NCBI GenBank assembly: GCA_964644135.1 | Contig: CAZXWD010000001.1 | Coordinates: 16,882-80,881 of the forward strand | DNA length: 64,000 nt | Source: an uncultured Bacteroidales bacterium | Lineage (GTDB): Bacteria > Bacteroidota > Bacteroidia > Bacteroidales > JAGOPY01 | Reading direction: 5' to 3' | Shown: one piece after another, positions 36,701-45,089 of the stretch | Position numbering within the stretch: position 1 is the first letter of the stretch | How the letters are laid out: each line of letters begins with the position of its first letter | Program-made: the position numbers and the translations under genes | Notes under the pieces: generated by a model | What the model saw: the letters and a program-made list of their open reading frames with translations, nothing else | Databases searched by the model: none | Told to the model about the DNA's origin: nothing

Positions 36701-37739
36701 AGGCATTAATACTTACCTGTTCACCTGTGTATTGAGTGATCAAAACATTTAATGATGAGGAAGATATTTCTTCTTCCACTACTATCCTGCCTGTTTCAAA
36801 GGCCCCGTTCTCGATCATTTTAAAGGCCAGTATTTCAATCTTTTCGTACCGGGTGTCAATACCTGTAATTTGCAACTTAAGTCCTTTACCGGTATTGCGT
36901 GCAGGTGTAGCGCCATTAAAACGAGCATGCCATAACCTGCCCGGGGTGTCCAGATCAACTGATCCTTCATAAGTAAACATTGAGTAAGGGCCAAATAAAC
37001 CGCTCCAGGAAGTTTTGTATCCTTCTGTGTAATACCGGTAAGCAATAAAATACGGTGCAGCAGGAAGGTTTCCATCGACAAGTTCAGTAAAGTCGATCCG
37101 GGCTTCTGTTTTTAATGGATTAAAATCGAGCAGATCCGGATCCACATACTTTACCAGGACAGTGTCAGAAACATGATATCCACCTGGACTAAACCAGATA
37201 TAGGTGAAGATATCACCAGGATAGTAGGTGATTTCTCCTTGTGTATAATAGCCCCGTGTGACTAAATATTTTTCTCCTTCTACCAGCCCTAGATGATGTC
37301 CAGAACGGGGTTTTATATCGATGAGATTGATTGTCTTAGGCGTTGTGATCAAATCGTTCCAATACATACGAACGATTTCTCGGGATTCGTAATCAATGAA
37401 ACCCCTAACCTGGCTATTCAGTACAAAGAATTTCTCTTTTGTCGTTATGTAAACCGGTGTCAGAGAATTGTTTTCGAGCATACCAATGTAATGCTTCGTT
37501 CCATTGGAATACATGATATAAGTCTCACCGTCTCCTTCTACATATCCTACAGCCGTATAACCGTCTTCTATACTGAACTGAACCTCTGTTCCATCAAGCC
37601 TTGTCCATGAAAAGTTCCCTTCACCATGATCCAACAGCCTGCCATGGCCACAATCACGGTATGAGTTTTCCGGCTGGAAAGCCGGTTCATTGTCAAGGTG
37701 CATGCCCTTTTCAAAAGTCTGTATGTGTTCTTTAGCCAT
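33756..37739 (-). CDS. large tail structural protein (1327 aa)
   Basis: Called from size and position in the tail block just upstream of the cargo and giant genes. No enzymatic motif seen. Confidence 0.5.
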   Translation of the reverse strand: MAKEHIQTFEKGMHLDNEPAFQPENSYRDCGHGRLLDHGEGNFSWTRLDGTEVQFSIEDGYTAVGYVEGDGETYIMYSNGTKHYIGMLENNSLTPVYITTKEKFFVLNSQVRGFIDYESREIVRMYWNDLITTPKTINLIDIKPRSGHHLGLVEGEKYLVTRGYYTQGEITYYPGDIFTYIWFSPGGYHVSDTVLVKYVDPDLLDFNPLKTEARIDFTELVDGNLPAAPYFIAYRYYTEGYKTSWSGLFGPYSMFTYEGSVDLDTPGRLWHARFNGATPARNTGKGLKLQITGIDTRYEKIEILAFKMIENGAFETGRIVVEEEISSSSLNVLITQYTGEQVSINAYTTATVAIERINDLFDIKKTLAIGGVTEEDQLDAGQRLNNPNDFKAITYEVPAFRGRIYDRNLNDLDTDTYSGLPSLKEDGTVRNGDILPGQYYKVLEGTVGYNGDTYTSGNVFLGKIDKPTWSDTGTVIPVFRICKYYDFQQEKNIFEYLDIRDQLGYKGIHSKRMAGYRSGETYRIGVLPVSKRGTFNYVRWIDDITIPERGSAESEQFETLNEDGNLVGPYITGYMKKYTETFRAADENKDYFNAQVASILVNVDLTDIIHDISGFYIVRCPVDKTILAEGPIANIIRRSYEEDDETIREWVKVHNILEPKEHLYEGMFDRFQWGVYDISEWMPPDYLLGTTEELRAEDEFEIAYKAIYQNDEVIEAGAENPVQKYKHIFYPTTARETTIDPSKISGIFQVENATEENELSTDPMSGSAELFRFHNIFKYTSPALATNGAAGGKCLVLTHSDNNDWWDPDANSLKQVPIVRHKRNKSVLYGGTTSSALANSQYMYVGHFQKVDEDFKEAIKTASYYSIKYIAKNIQLFGGDTYITMFTHARIIPFSIYKLVKDTMEGNVITLPLQTSVNPLARSGNSILGMKSPHIQLWNDDDNIHSDRRIENFEDFTVNNAWNSDPEILYPGAPIDINKSTKFKNRIRYSNTKIDGAKVDAYRQFMANNFVDVLGRYGSVNALHGFGSRLIFWQDKAIGFIPVDERALTNDPDKILVQLGVGGKFDRNDYVYENIGLEQRTSLVYVDGNWMWYDATRNKFLHMTRSLELSDESFVKGAESFFEDIGDYSGHNDPSGKGGIVGIFNRKKNLVYMTFIKAGSYNTIAYNIKLRSFVSKPQWGPSLYIPQENTLYGIAYNSQQVHKHDVESETAYGAAIEPYIEVIINPNLRDMKTFLGMLMRGGTNFFDEVTYKSVYDVVSSSYKNIAVDDVSELPENYQFVVDEWRFSVPEGNQGRMEGMYLYVKFVLKDMSKNIRMYQLVSNHNKLY

Positions 37740-38457
37740 ATAAATTCAAAGATGCGTTTCCTGTAAATTCAAACCCGATAATATCGGATAATTCTCTCAT
37801 GTGCTGCTCAGTAGTTTCATCGTCAGACTTTATTTGCCTGACTGCCCTGCGGTATTCACTTTCAAGTTCCTTTATAAACCTCATGTTTGCCCCGGTAAGA
37901 CGGTCTTTACGAAACCTGTGCCACAACTCCTTTTTTGACATTTCCCAGATCAATCCCTTTGCAAGCGGATCGATATGGCTTTCTAAAACCATGATAAATC
38001 CATCCTTATCAACAGGATATTCCAAGAGATCTATTGTAATCTCCGTCTGATTAGGTTTCCTCTCAAAGATAATCGTGTTGTTTTGAATGTACCACGGATA
38101 ACAGGCAACGATATTGGTATAGTCTGAAGTGTCCTCCCACCGGTAGGTCAGGTTGTTACCGTCCGTTGAAACATTATACGTTGGAACCCCGCTAAAGACA
38201 TCCGGAACATGATCCATGTGATCACCCATTAGAATGGCATTGACATGTACTGCCGACTCAGGCAGCTTTACCTGGACATCATCTGTTACTTCCAACAGCT
38301 TAAACCTTCTTTGGTAATTGTAGAATCCTCCTATCTTTAGATCTTTCTGCTTTGCCCAACGTGCCAGGATAGGATACATTTTTTTTGTGTTCTCATCTGT
38401 ATCTTCAACAGCCTGTAAAAAAGCTTCTTTTATGCTTACCAGTTTTTTTATTGCCAT
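37732..38457 (-). CDS. hypothetical structural protein
   Basis: ATG start, 241 aa, 8-nt overlap with the downstream tail gene. Confidence 0.5.
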   Translation of the reverse strand: MAIKKLVSIKEAFLQAVEDTDENTKKMYPILARWAKQKDLKIGGFYNYQRRFKLLEVTDDVQVKLPESAVHVNAILMGDHMDHVPDVFSGVPTYNVSTDGNNLTYRWEDTSDYTNIVACYPWYIQNNTIIFERKPNQTEITIDLLEYPVDKDGFIMVLESHIDPLAKGLIWEMSKKELWHRFRKDRLTGANMRFIKELESEYRRAVRQIKSDDETTEQHMRELSDIIGFEFTGNASLNLYG

Positions 38458-38466
38458 AACTGCCTG

Positions 38467-39309
38467 TTATTGTATTCGTGAACTGACCACCTTAAATTGA
38501 TCCTGAGCGTCGTCGACCACATCTGCTATGCTTCTTCTTTCCAGCTCATATTCGTTCGTCAGGATAGCTAAAACGACGTTCTGGGCCATTTCTCTGCTTA
38601 TAGGGAAGTCGTCGTATTTGGTTATACTTTTTATCTGCTGAGAGAGCTTCACTTTTGCATTTGCGGAATAGGTATAAGAATATCCGTTTTGTACTGTAAA
38701 AGATGTCCCGGTGTTATATACTGTTCCGCTTGTAGATCCTATGAGGGTTTCAAGTACATGGCCGTCCATGACGGTATATTCTGTATCCACGACAAGAGCA
38801 GAAGACATAACATCCAAAGTGTTCCACACGTATCCGTTCATAGGATCTTCCAACACTCCACTAACGTCAAGTTCTTCCTGGTAAGGATACACATAAAGCT
38901 CGTTCCTGGAGGTAACAGCATAAAAAATAAATTGCTGTAGTCTTTCATCTTCCAGGGAAATCATTTCCATCAGGTGATCCCAGTCAATGGAATGCAGCAT
39001 TTTGTTCCGGGAAGCACTGCGAATTTTAATAAGGCCGTCTATTACTGCCGGTACTTCGATCTTGCCCAGCCTCACTGAAGAACTGTACACATTTGGGTTG
39101 TCTGAAGAAGATACCGGTGTAGGCTTGTACCTGCCCATTCGTTGATAAAACTCGGCAGGGACCTCGTTAAGTTGTACCAATTCCTGCCCAATAAGCACAG
39201 CACGGTAGTTGAGGATCTTGTGCAATAAGTATGCATCAGTGACCCGTGTATCGTCTGTAAGAGCAAGAAGAACTGTTTTTATATCGTAGATAATGTCCTC
39301 AACCTTCAT
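38467..39309 (-). CDS. hypothetical structural protein
   Basis: ATG start, 280 aa, overlaps the endolysin stop codon. Confidence 0.5.
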   Translation of the reverse strand: MKVEDIIYDIKTVLLALTDDTRVTDAYLLHKILNYRAVLIGQELVQLNEVPAEFYQRMGRYKPTPVSSSDNPNVYSSSVRLGKIEVPAVIDGLIKIRSASRNKMLHSIDWDHLMEMISLEDERLQQFIFYAVTSRNELYVYPYQEELDVSGVLEDPMNGYVWNTLDVMSSALVVDTEYTVMDGHVLETLIGSTSGTVYNTGTSFTVQNGYSYTYSANAKVKLSQQIKSITKYDDFPISREMAQNVVLAILTNEYELERRSIADVVDDAQDQFKVVSSRIQ

Positions 39310-39748
39310 TTGGATTAACAGATTTTAGTATAACATTCGAACTCGAAGTTAACTTAAATAAAATCCGTTGTCCATTTCCGAGGCTGTAATCACAGTGCAC
39401 GTAGTTCAATGATACATTATAAACCATATTCGTGTAAGATGAAAATTCCCATAACAGTTGTAGGAATTCAGGCATTTTCAGGTGTGATGTTGTCCAGTCG
39501 ACGGCGCCTTTACCAAAGAAGCAATGTTCGCTTTTGCCGTTTCTTCCCAGCCGTTTTTCTAATTCCGGAGGCCGGTATCCTGAATTATTGTTAGTGGTGA
39601 TATATCCATCGAAGTTCCTGGCTATTTCTACCATAGGCAGGATGTGGTGAATGAGGAGCTTGTCGATTATTGTAGGTGGTATTTCATCGACAATCGTGAA
39701 TTCTTTTAATCGGAACGGAAAGTAAGGATCCTTTTTCTTCATTCTCAT
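39299..39748 (-). CDS. peptidase M15-family endolysin (Zn D,D- or L-Ala-D-Glu peptidase)
   Basis: NNSGYRPPELEKRLGRNGKSEHCFFGKGAVDW fits the SGYR...S.H..G.A.D pattern, with C-terminal YVHCDY supplying the His-Asp-His metal ligands. Confidence 0.7.
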   Translation of the reverse strand: MRMKKKDPYFPFRLKEFTIVDEIPPTIIDKLLIHHILPMVEIARNFDGYITTNNNSGYRPPELEKRLGRNGKSEHCFFGKGAVDWTTSHLKMPEFLQLLWEFSSYTNMVYNVSLNYVHCDYSLGNGQRILFKLTSSSNVILKSVNPNEG

Positions 39749-40497
39749 TTCAAAACGGCTATTATAGCAAACAAACCTGCAGCTCCGACTGCGGCCCAGA
39801 ATTTTCTCTTTCCTTTCTTTATCTTTTTGTCTTTTTCATCAATCTTCGATGCAAGGTCTTTTGCAAGAGTTTCATAAGCAATTAGAGAGATACTGTCGTT
39901 TACTATGATATTGTGCTGGGTCTGAATTATAGAACGTAAATTACTATTAATTTCTGATATGTTAATGAATCGTTCAGATAAAGTTTCGTTCCGGTCTGTT
40001 AATAAGGATATCCGTTTTTGAAATTCTGCGTGCTCTTCAAACTTTATGTTCGCCGTGCGTATGCTTTCCATAGGAACGATCAATGAAGTGTCCCTGGGAA
40101 AAGACGCACCCCCCGGTTCGATTAAGAACTCGGGGGGTGCTTTATAGCCTGTCTGATCAAGAAAGAGGATACTTGCCTGCTGGTCATTCATAGCAAGTAT
40201 TTCTTTTGTTCTTTTTTTTAGCTGATTTTCGGATGATGCCAGTTCTGTTGATAACTTTTCGATCTTTTGGTTTAAAGCCGAATCGATTTCATGCAGGGAA
40301 TCATTCCGAACTTCATAATCAGCTATTACCGCAGACAGCGAATCCTTGCTTTTTTGATGTTTTTCTTTGAGCCTCTCGATGTCTGCATGGTAGTTCTCTT
40401 CCGGTATCCTGTCATCACAGCTTCGCACAATAATAACAGTGGCTACAACTGCTATGACCAGTGTCAGGATTGTTTGGATGAGACCGTACTTTTTCAT
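39745..40497 (-). CDS. unimolecular-spanin-like protein (N-terminal lipoprotein-type signal, coiled coil, C-terminal TM)
   Basis: MKKYGLIQTILTLVIAVVATVIIVRSCDD (Cys27 followed by acidic residues), a long heptad-like middle, and C-terminal FWAAVGAAGLFAIIAVL. ATGA overlap with the endolysin gene. Confidence 0.4.
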   Translation of the reverse strand: MKKYGLIQTILTLVIAVVATVIIVRSCDDRIPEENYHADIERLKEKHQKSKDSLSAVIADYEVRNDSLHEIDSALNQKIEKLSTELASSENQLKKRTKEILAMNDQQASILFLDQTGYKAPPEFLIEPGGASFPRDTSLIVPMESIRTANIKFEEHAEFQKRISLLTDRNETLSERFINISEINSNLRSIIQTQHNIIVNDSISLIAYETLAKDLASKIDEKDKKIKKGKRKFWAAVGAAGLFAIIAVLK

Positions 40498-40769
40498 TCC
40501 TTTTTAATTTTGGAACCCGGCATTGCTTCTGCAAATTTCTGAAAAACTTTCATAGATGCAGAATAAGCCAGCAATATAAGTATCACATTTAATGATACAA
40601 GGTAATCCGGATCCGTCCATTTATTTTTCAACTCAAGAAAAATAATGATTATCGCAACGATTAATGCTGCAATAGTTTTGATCCTTGTCGTTGAGGTTTT
40701 GATGATCATATCTCCCTGGGGAGAATAACCTTCAATTTCTTCTAAAAAGCCAACCTTAATTTTTTTCAT
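40494..40769 (-). CDS. holin-like small membrane protein (2 TM, charged C-terminus)
   Basis: TM segments IKTIAALIVAIIIIFLEL and LVSLNVILILLAYSASM. Tail ends PGSKIKKE. Overlaps both neighbours. Confidence 0.45.
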   Translation of the reverse strand: MKKIKVGFLEEIEGYSPQGDMIIKTSTTRIKTIAALIVAIIIIFLELKNKWTDPDYLVSLNVILILLAYSASMKVFQKFAEAMPGSKIKKE

Positions 40770-41259
40770 GATCTTTTTTTCTTATTGTTTTTACTCCTGC
40801 CAATATTGCGGCGAGAATTACCAGACACATAATAAAATAGCCTACCGTTTCCCATATGTCTATTGAAAATTCTTTAATCAGGAAAAAGGCAGGCACAAGC
40901 GGAATGAACTTGAACAGCAATATCCAAAGCCCGAATGTTCTGATCATCCAGCCGTTGATTCCTTTTTCATCTGTATAAAGAATGTCTTTACCCATGATCA
41001 AAGCATGGATTATATCCCAATAGGTCCAGGTAATAAATAAAAAGGAAAGTTGCAGCAAGATGTGTTGAAACCAATCCATGCTTTCCCAAAAATGGATCAG
41101 CAAGACTCCATGCAACATAATACGGATCCAAAAACCCGCTGCGTGGAACAATTTTGACCAGTACCGGTCATTGCTTCCCTGGTGCCTCCAGCTGATCATT
41201 GCCTGCTGCATGATTGCAAGCATGACAACAATAATGAATGTTAAAATAATTTGTCCCAT
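40756..41259 (-). CDS. polytopic membrane protein (~5 TM)
   Basis: 167 aa with five hydrophobic stretches, rich in Trp, His and Phe. Confidence 0.5.
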   Translation of the reverse strand: MGQIILTFIIVVMLAIMQQAMISWRHQGSNDRYWSKLFHAAGFWIRIMLHGVLLIHFWESMDWFQHILLQLSFLFITWTYWDIIHALIMGKDILYTDEKGINGWMIRTFGLWILLFKFIPLVPAFFLIKEFSIDIWETVGYFIMCLVILAAILAGVKTIRKKDHEKN

Positions 41260-41266
41260 AGCTTTT

Positions 41267-41575
41267 TTATATTCCTCCTTTTGACATGATATAAGCAGTA
41301 ACTACACCGGCAACAATGGCAAGAACAGCATTAATAATCCGATCCGACCATGTGTTAGTGTGTTTCCTGGTATTGAGCAAGGAATTAACCTGTAGGTTAA
41401 GTTTGTTGTATTTTTCCTCAAGCTCTTTGAACCGTTTAGCACTGTTCTCTTCATTTTTCTGGCATGAATCAACAGTAGAAGTAACCTGTCCTATCAAGTG
41501 ACGGGTGAACTCTTTAAGTAAAAATTGTCCATCGCTTTCATCAAAAAATCTTTGGTCCATCAGGAAATGCAGCAT
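41267..41575 (-). CDS. tail-anchored membrane protein with coiled coil
   Basis: ATG start. Single C-terminal TM segment IINAVLAIVAGVVTAYIM. Confidence 0.45.
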   Translation of the reverse strand: MLHFLMDQRFFDESDGQFLLKEFTRHLIGQVTSTVDSCQKNEENSAKRFKELEEKYNKLNLQVNSLLNTRKHTNTWSDRIINAVLAIVAGVVTAYIMSKGGI

Positions 41576-42014
41576 TTGACGGTATTGCCACTGCCAACAC
41601 TATAGCGTCTTCAATGCATTTGACAGTATGTGGGATACCTGGTTTAATAGTTAATGAGTTACCTTTTTTGAGGATGGTGGTTATGTTTTCGTCGTAAGTG
41701 ATTTCAATCTTTCCGGAGATAACAATAAATATTTCCGTTTCGGTATCTACATGTTTATGTGTTGATGCATTGGCTTCCATTTCAAGCAAACAAACATCAC
41801 ATTCAGGATTACGCATTAGTCCTTTACCAGTTGTCTTTGCATCGCCTGTCTGGTAAGTTTTAGTATTGCCACACGCATGAATTACCGGAACCTTTTCCGG
41901 AAGATCTTCAATCATGCTTGTCAGGTTTTTTAGTTCATCGGTCATAGGAGTGGTTATTAATAAAAACTGGTTATTTTTTATAGGTGTTTTACCACCATTC
42001 GATTGTTCCTGCAT
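41541..42014 (-). CDS. cupin-domain protein
   Basis: Cupin motif 1 THKHVDTETEIFIVISG and motif 2 GNSLTIKPGIPH. The track start at 42026 is TTG. The first ATG is at 42014, and the ATG at 41945 is an alternative. Confidence 0.55.
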   Translation of the reverse strand: MQEQSNGGKTPIKNNQFLLITTPMTDELKNLTSMIEDLPEKVPVIHACGNTKTYQTGDAKTTGKGLMRNPECDVCLLEMEANASTHKHVDTETEIFIVISGKIEITYDENITTILKKGNSLTIKPGIPHTVKCIEDAIVLAVAIPSNAAFPDGPKIF

Positions 42015-42564
42015 AGTACCAGGCAAATCTTCCGTTGCGGAAGGTCATTTTATAGCCTTTCCGTTTCCAGAAGTTTTTACATCGCCAGCCCTTATAGAGC
42101 CAATGATCTTCCGGTAGCCATTCGATCCGGGATTCTCCTTGCATACCTACATTGTCTTTTGTGTAGTAGTCGGTAATTTTTGTACGTTGACCCACAAAAA
42201 CGGTACAGTTATCGACAATCCATTCATTACCATGTTCTTGCCATATATCCTTAGCGAATTCTTTGGCCACATCTTGCATTTCATGGACCCACTTAGGATT
42301 GTTGGGATTGACATAATTGATGTAATAATAGGCCACAAAGTTCAATCCGCCTATTTCAATCTCATAGACGGACATAGGCGGATCTGTAACGATTTTCCAC
42401 TGGCGTTCCTTTTCGACGGTAGTGTGGTCAAAAGTCCACCCTTCCCATTTGTTTTCCGAATCTCTTGCGGCATATTCAGGCACGTCGTTATACCCATCAA
42501 GGTACTGTTGTGATACCATAAGAAGCGGTATCATTACAAAAAATAACATTAGAAACTTTTTCAT
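41989..42564 (-). CDS. secreted protein of unknown function
   Basis: Signal peptide MKKFLMLFFVMIPLLMVSQQ. The mature part is rich in Trp and Tyr. Confidence 0.55.
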   Translation of the reverse strand: MKKFLMLFFVMIPLLMVSQQYLDGYNDVPEYAARDSENKWEGWTFDHTTVEKERQWKIVTDPPMSVYEIEIGGLNFVAYYYINYVNPNNPKWVHEMQDVAKEFAKDIWQEHGNEWIVDNCTVFVGQRTKITDYYTKDNVGMQGESRIEWLPEDHWLYKGWRCKNFWKRKGYKMTFRNGRFAWYYAGTIEWW

Positions 42565-42591
42565 AGCTGTGCGTTTTTAATTAATAGATAA

Positions 42592-42978
42592 TTATTCAGG
42601 TTCAGGTTCAGTGATGACCTTCTGTTTTAGCTTTTCTATTTCCCACAAGGCCCACTGTTTTATATAGTTCCTGTTTGTGAATGTCTGGTCTTTCAACCAC
42701 TGGATTGTAACCTGTGCAGCTCCTACAGAATCAGCGTTGCTCCTGGCCACACGATATTGTTCCGTGCTTTTTTTATAGAGCTCTCCATTATAGACCAGGT
42801 ATTCGGTATAATTTATTTTTAAGATTATACCATTAGGATGTGGAGTCTGAACAGCTTCCCAGACTTGCATAGTCGTGTCTCCTTGGCTTATATTAATTAC
42901 CGTGTCTTCTTGGACTGTCCACTGAGAAAACGCAGCAGAGGCCATTAAAATCAATAAAATTGTCAGTAGTTTTTTCAT
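42592..42978 (-). CDS. secreted protein of unknown function
   Basis: Signal peptide MKKLLTILLILMASAAFSQ. Confidence 0.55.
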   Translation of the reverse strand: MKKLLTILLILMASAAFSQWTVQEDTVINISQGDTTMQVWEAVQTPHPNGIILKINYTEYLVYNGELYKKSTEQYRVARSNADSVGAAQVTIQWLKDQTFTNRNYIKQWALWEIEKLKQKVITEPEPE

Positions 42979-42979
42979 A

Positions 42980-45088
42980 TTAATATAGTTTGTGAATAGA
43001 TACAGTTGTTACAGGTATTGAAACGCTAACACTCGAAACATTAGCCTGATAAGCATAAAGAGTAATCTCATCGCCTGATGATAACTCAACAGTTAAATCA
43101 ATGAAAGCCAATTCCTTTCTGCCTGATTCTACTTCGATCATTGTTATACAAGCACCACCGTACCCCGAACCGTTTACTCTTGGTTGCAGTCTTAAAACAT
43201 CTATATCAGAACCAATATTTAGCGTTACTGTGAATGTTATTCTAAAAATTCCAGCAACTGAAACGGTTGCCGTACTATCATCGGTCATTGTTATATTCTT
43301 AGCTGTTATGTAATTTGCATAAGTTCCGTCTGTCAAAGGTATTTTAGTCCAAGTACTTTGCAGTAATGTGAATGATGATGCGTGATTATCTGACCAAGAC
43401 ATATAAGCAGCCTCACTATACTCCACCTGACCATCTGAGTTTTGCACCAAGTTCCTGTCAGGCGTTACGTCTTCGATTATGCCGTCGAAATCGACTCTGT
43501 TGGAAACAGTCAATGTATTATCTTTCAATAAGGTTCCTTCTATGTAAACGCCATTATCAACTGTTTCTTCATAAATGCTATCAATACTTAATGTCGATGC
43601 TGTTGCTTCAGCTCCGTAACCAAGATCCGAACTGAACTCATCTAACAAGTCTTGATAACCCCAATAAGACATTTTTTCACTTACCCCGTTGAGAACCAAA
43701 AAGCAAGTGTCTGCTGCTGAAGATACAGCTGGCGGTAAAGGATCAATGTAAATGTTGGCTTCTGTTCCGCTGTGTTTTGTAATTTTTAATCCGTCATTGG
43801 CCGTAAGTTCAAGCTGACCGGATTCGTCTGAGACCAATGATCCGGATGTGCTGTTTGTTAAATACAATCTCCCATAAGGCGCATAAACATAACCGTCTGA
43901 ATCTCCATGTAACCATGTATCGTTTAATAGCCCGTCGTCTTCATTCCAGGCAAGATACATTACAGGCCCGCCTGTTCCGGCATCGTCAGCTCCTGCCCTG
44001 TAACCGAGAAACAATCCGTAATCGCCTTCCCAGTTATATCCGGCACGTTGGCCCCAGGCAACATTACCTGCTCCTGTTTCATTATTGTAAAGAGCATACC
44101 ATCCGCCTGCTATATTGTTATAGGCCGTTGTGTTTCTTCCTCCGGCATGAAATCCCGCGAAAATATTGTTGCCTCCTGAGGTGTTACTGCCACCGGCTGA
44201 ATAGCCAAGAAAAATATTTTTATCACCGGTTGTGTTGTCTTCTCCTGCAGTTTGTCCAATCATTACATTGTACTGAGCAGATGTTGAGCTATATCCTGCC
44301 GAGTTTCCGATCATTATATTTCCGTCATCGGATAGATGAGCGCCGCTGTAACCACCTGCCCTGAAACCGGCTATGAAATTATTGTCACCTGAACAACCGT
44401 ATCCTGGAAAATTTCCCAGGTATATGTTATTTTGTCCTGATGTTTGATATCCTGCGGACCATCCCAGTGCTGTTTCTCCCACTCCTGTCGATCCACCAAG
44501 CGCAAGATATCCTACGCCTGCCATTTGTCCGTTGCCAGAATATGTAGAAGGTGAATATCCTGCTGATTGGCCTAAAAAAACACTCGTTCCGTATCCTACT
44601 TTATATTCTTGCCAGAGCAGTTTTACAGGGTTAGTTGTTTGATCTATTTCCCAAATACCACCGCCATAAGTTCCCAGGCTGTTATCATAGCTTTGGATAC
44701 ACATCGGGCCGTCAACTATCAAAGGGAAGTCATCCTGCTGTCCGGAAGACATGCCCAGGTCTCCACCTGCCTGGATAAAACCGGTTTCAAGCGTATCGGA
44801 TATATTAACATCGCCTTGCACATCAAGGTCTTTACCGGGCGTTGAAGTGTTGATCCCCACATCGCCTGAACTGTAATATATATCGGATCCGTTTTGTGAC
44901 CACAGGCTAGCACCTCCTGTTATGATCGCCCAATATACGGTGTCATTAGAAATCACTACTACCGTATCCGAATCGCGTTCGTTTAGATTGAGCAGCATGA
45001 CTGGGGCATCAAATGCTGTGATCATTGTCTGCCCCCGCATGCCGATAAATCCAAAAACCAGTATTATGAAGAAAAGTATTTTTTTCAT
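42980..45088 (-). CDS. fibre/adhesin-like protein with an N-terminal signal peptide
   Basis: MKKILFFIILVFGFIGMRGQ. Fibre motif GDVGINTSTPGKDLDVQGDVNIS. Many N-x-x-x-G-x-x-AG beta-helix-type repeats. C-terminal VAGIFRITFTV...SSGDEITLYAY resembles the C-terminus of fibre 1. Confidence 0.6.
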   Translation of the reverse strand: MKKILFFIILVFGFIGMRGQTMITAFDAPVMLLNLNERDSDTVVVISNDTVYWAIITGGASLWSQNGSDIYYSSGDVGINTSTPGKDLDVQGDVNISDTLETGFIQAGGDLGMSSGQQDDFPLIVDGPMCIQSYDNSLGTYGGGIWEIDQTTNPVKLLWQEYKVGYGTSVFLGQSAGYSPSTYSGNGQMAGVGYLALGGSTGVGETALGWSAGYQTSGQNNIYLGNFPGYGCSGDNNFIAGFRAGGYSGAHLSDDGNIMIGNSAGYSSTSAQYNVMIGQTAGEDNTTGDKNIFLGYSAGGSNTSGGNNIFAGFHAGGRNTTAYNNIAGGWYALYNNETGAGNVAWGQRAGYNWEGDYGLFLGYRAGADDAGTGGPVMYLAWNEDDGLLNDTWLHGDSDGYVYAPYGRLYLTNSTSGSLVSDESGQLELTANDGLKITKHSGTEANIYIDPLPPAVSSAADTCFLVLNGVSEKMSYWGYQDLLDEFSSDLGYGAEATASTLSIDSIYEETVDNGVYIEGTLLKDNTLTVSNRVDFDGIIEDVTPDRNLVQNSDGQVEYSEAAYMSWSDNHASSFTLLQSTWTKIPLTDGTYANYITAKNITMTDDSTATVSVAGIFRITFTVTLNIGSDIDVLRLQPRVNGSGYGGACITMIEVESGRKELAFIDLTVELSSGDEITLYAYQANVSSVSVSIPVTTVSIHKLY

Positions 45089-45089
45089 T

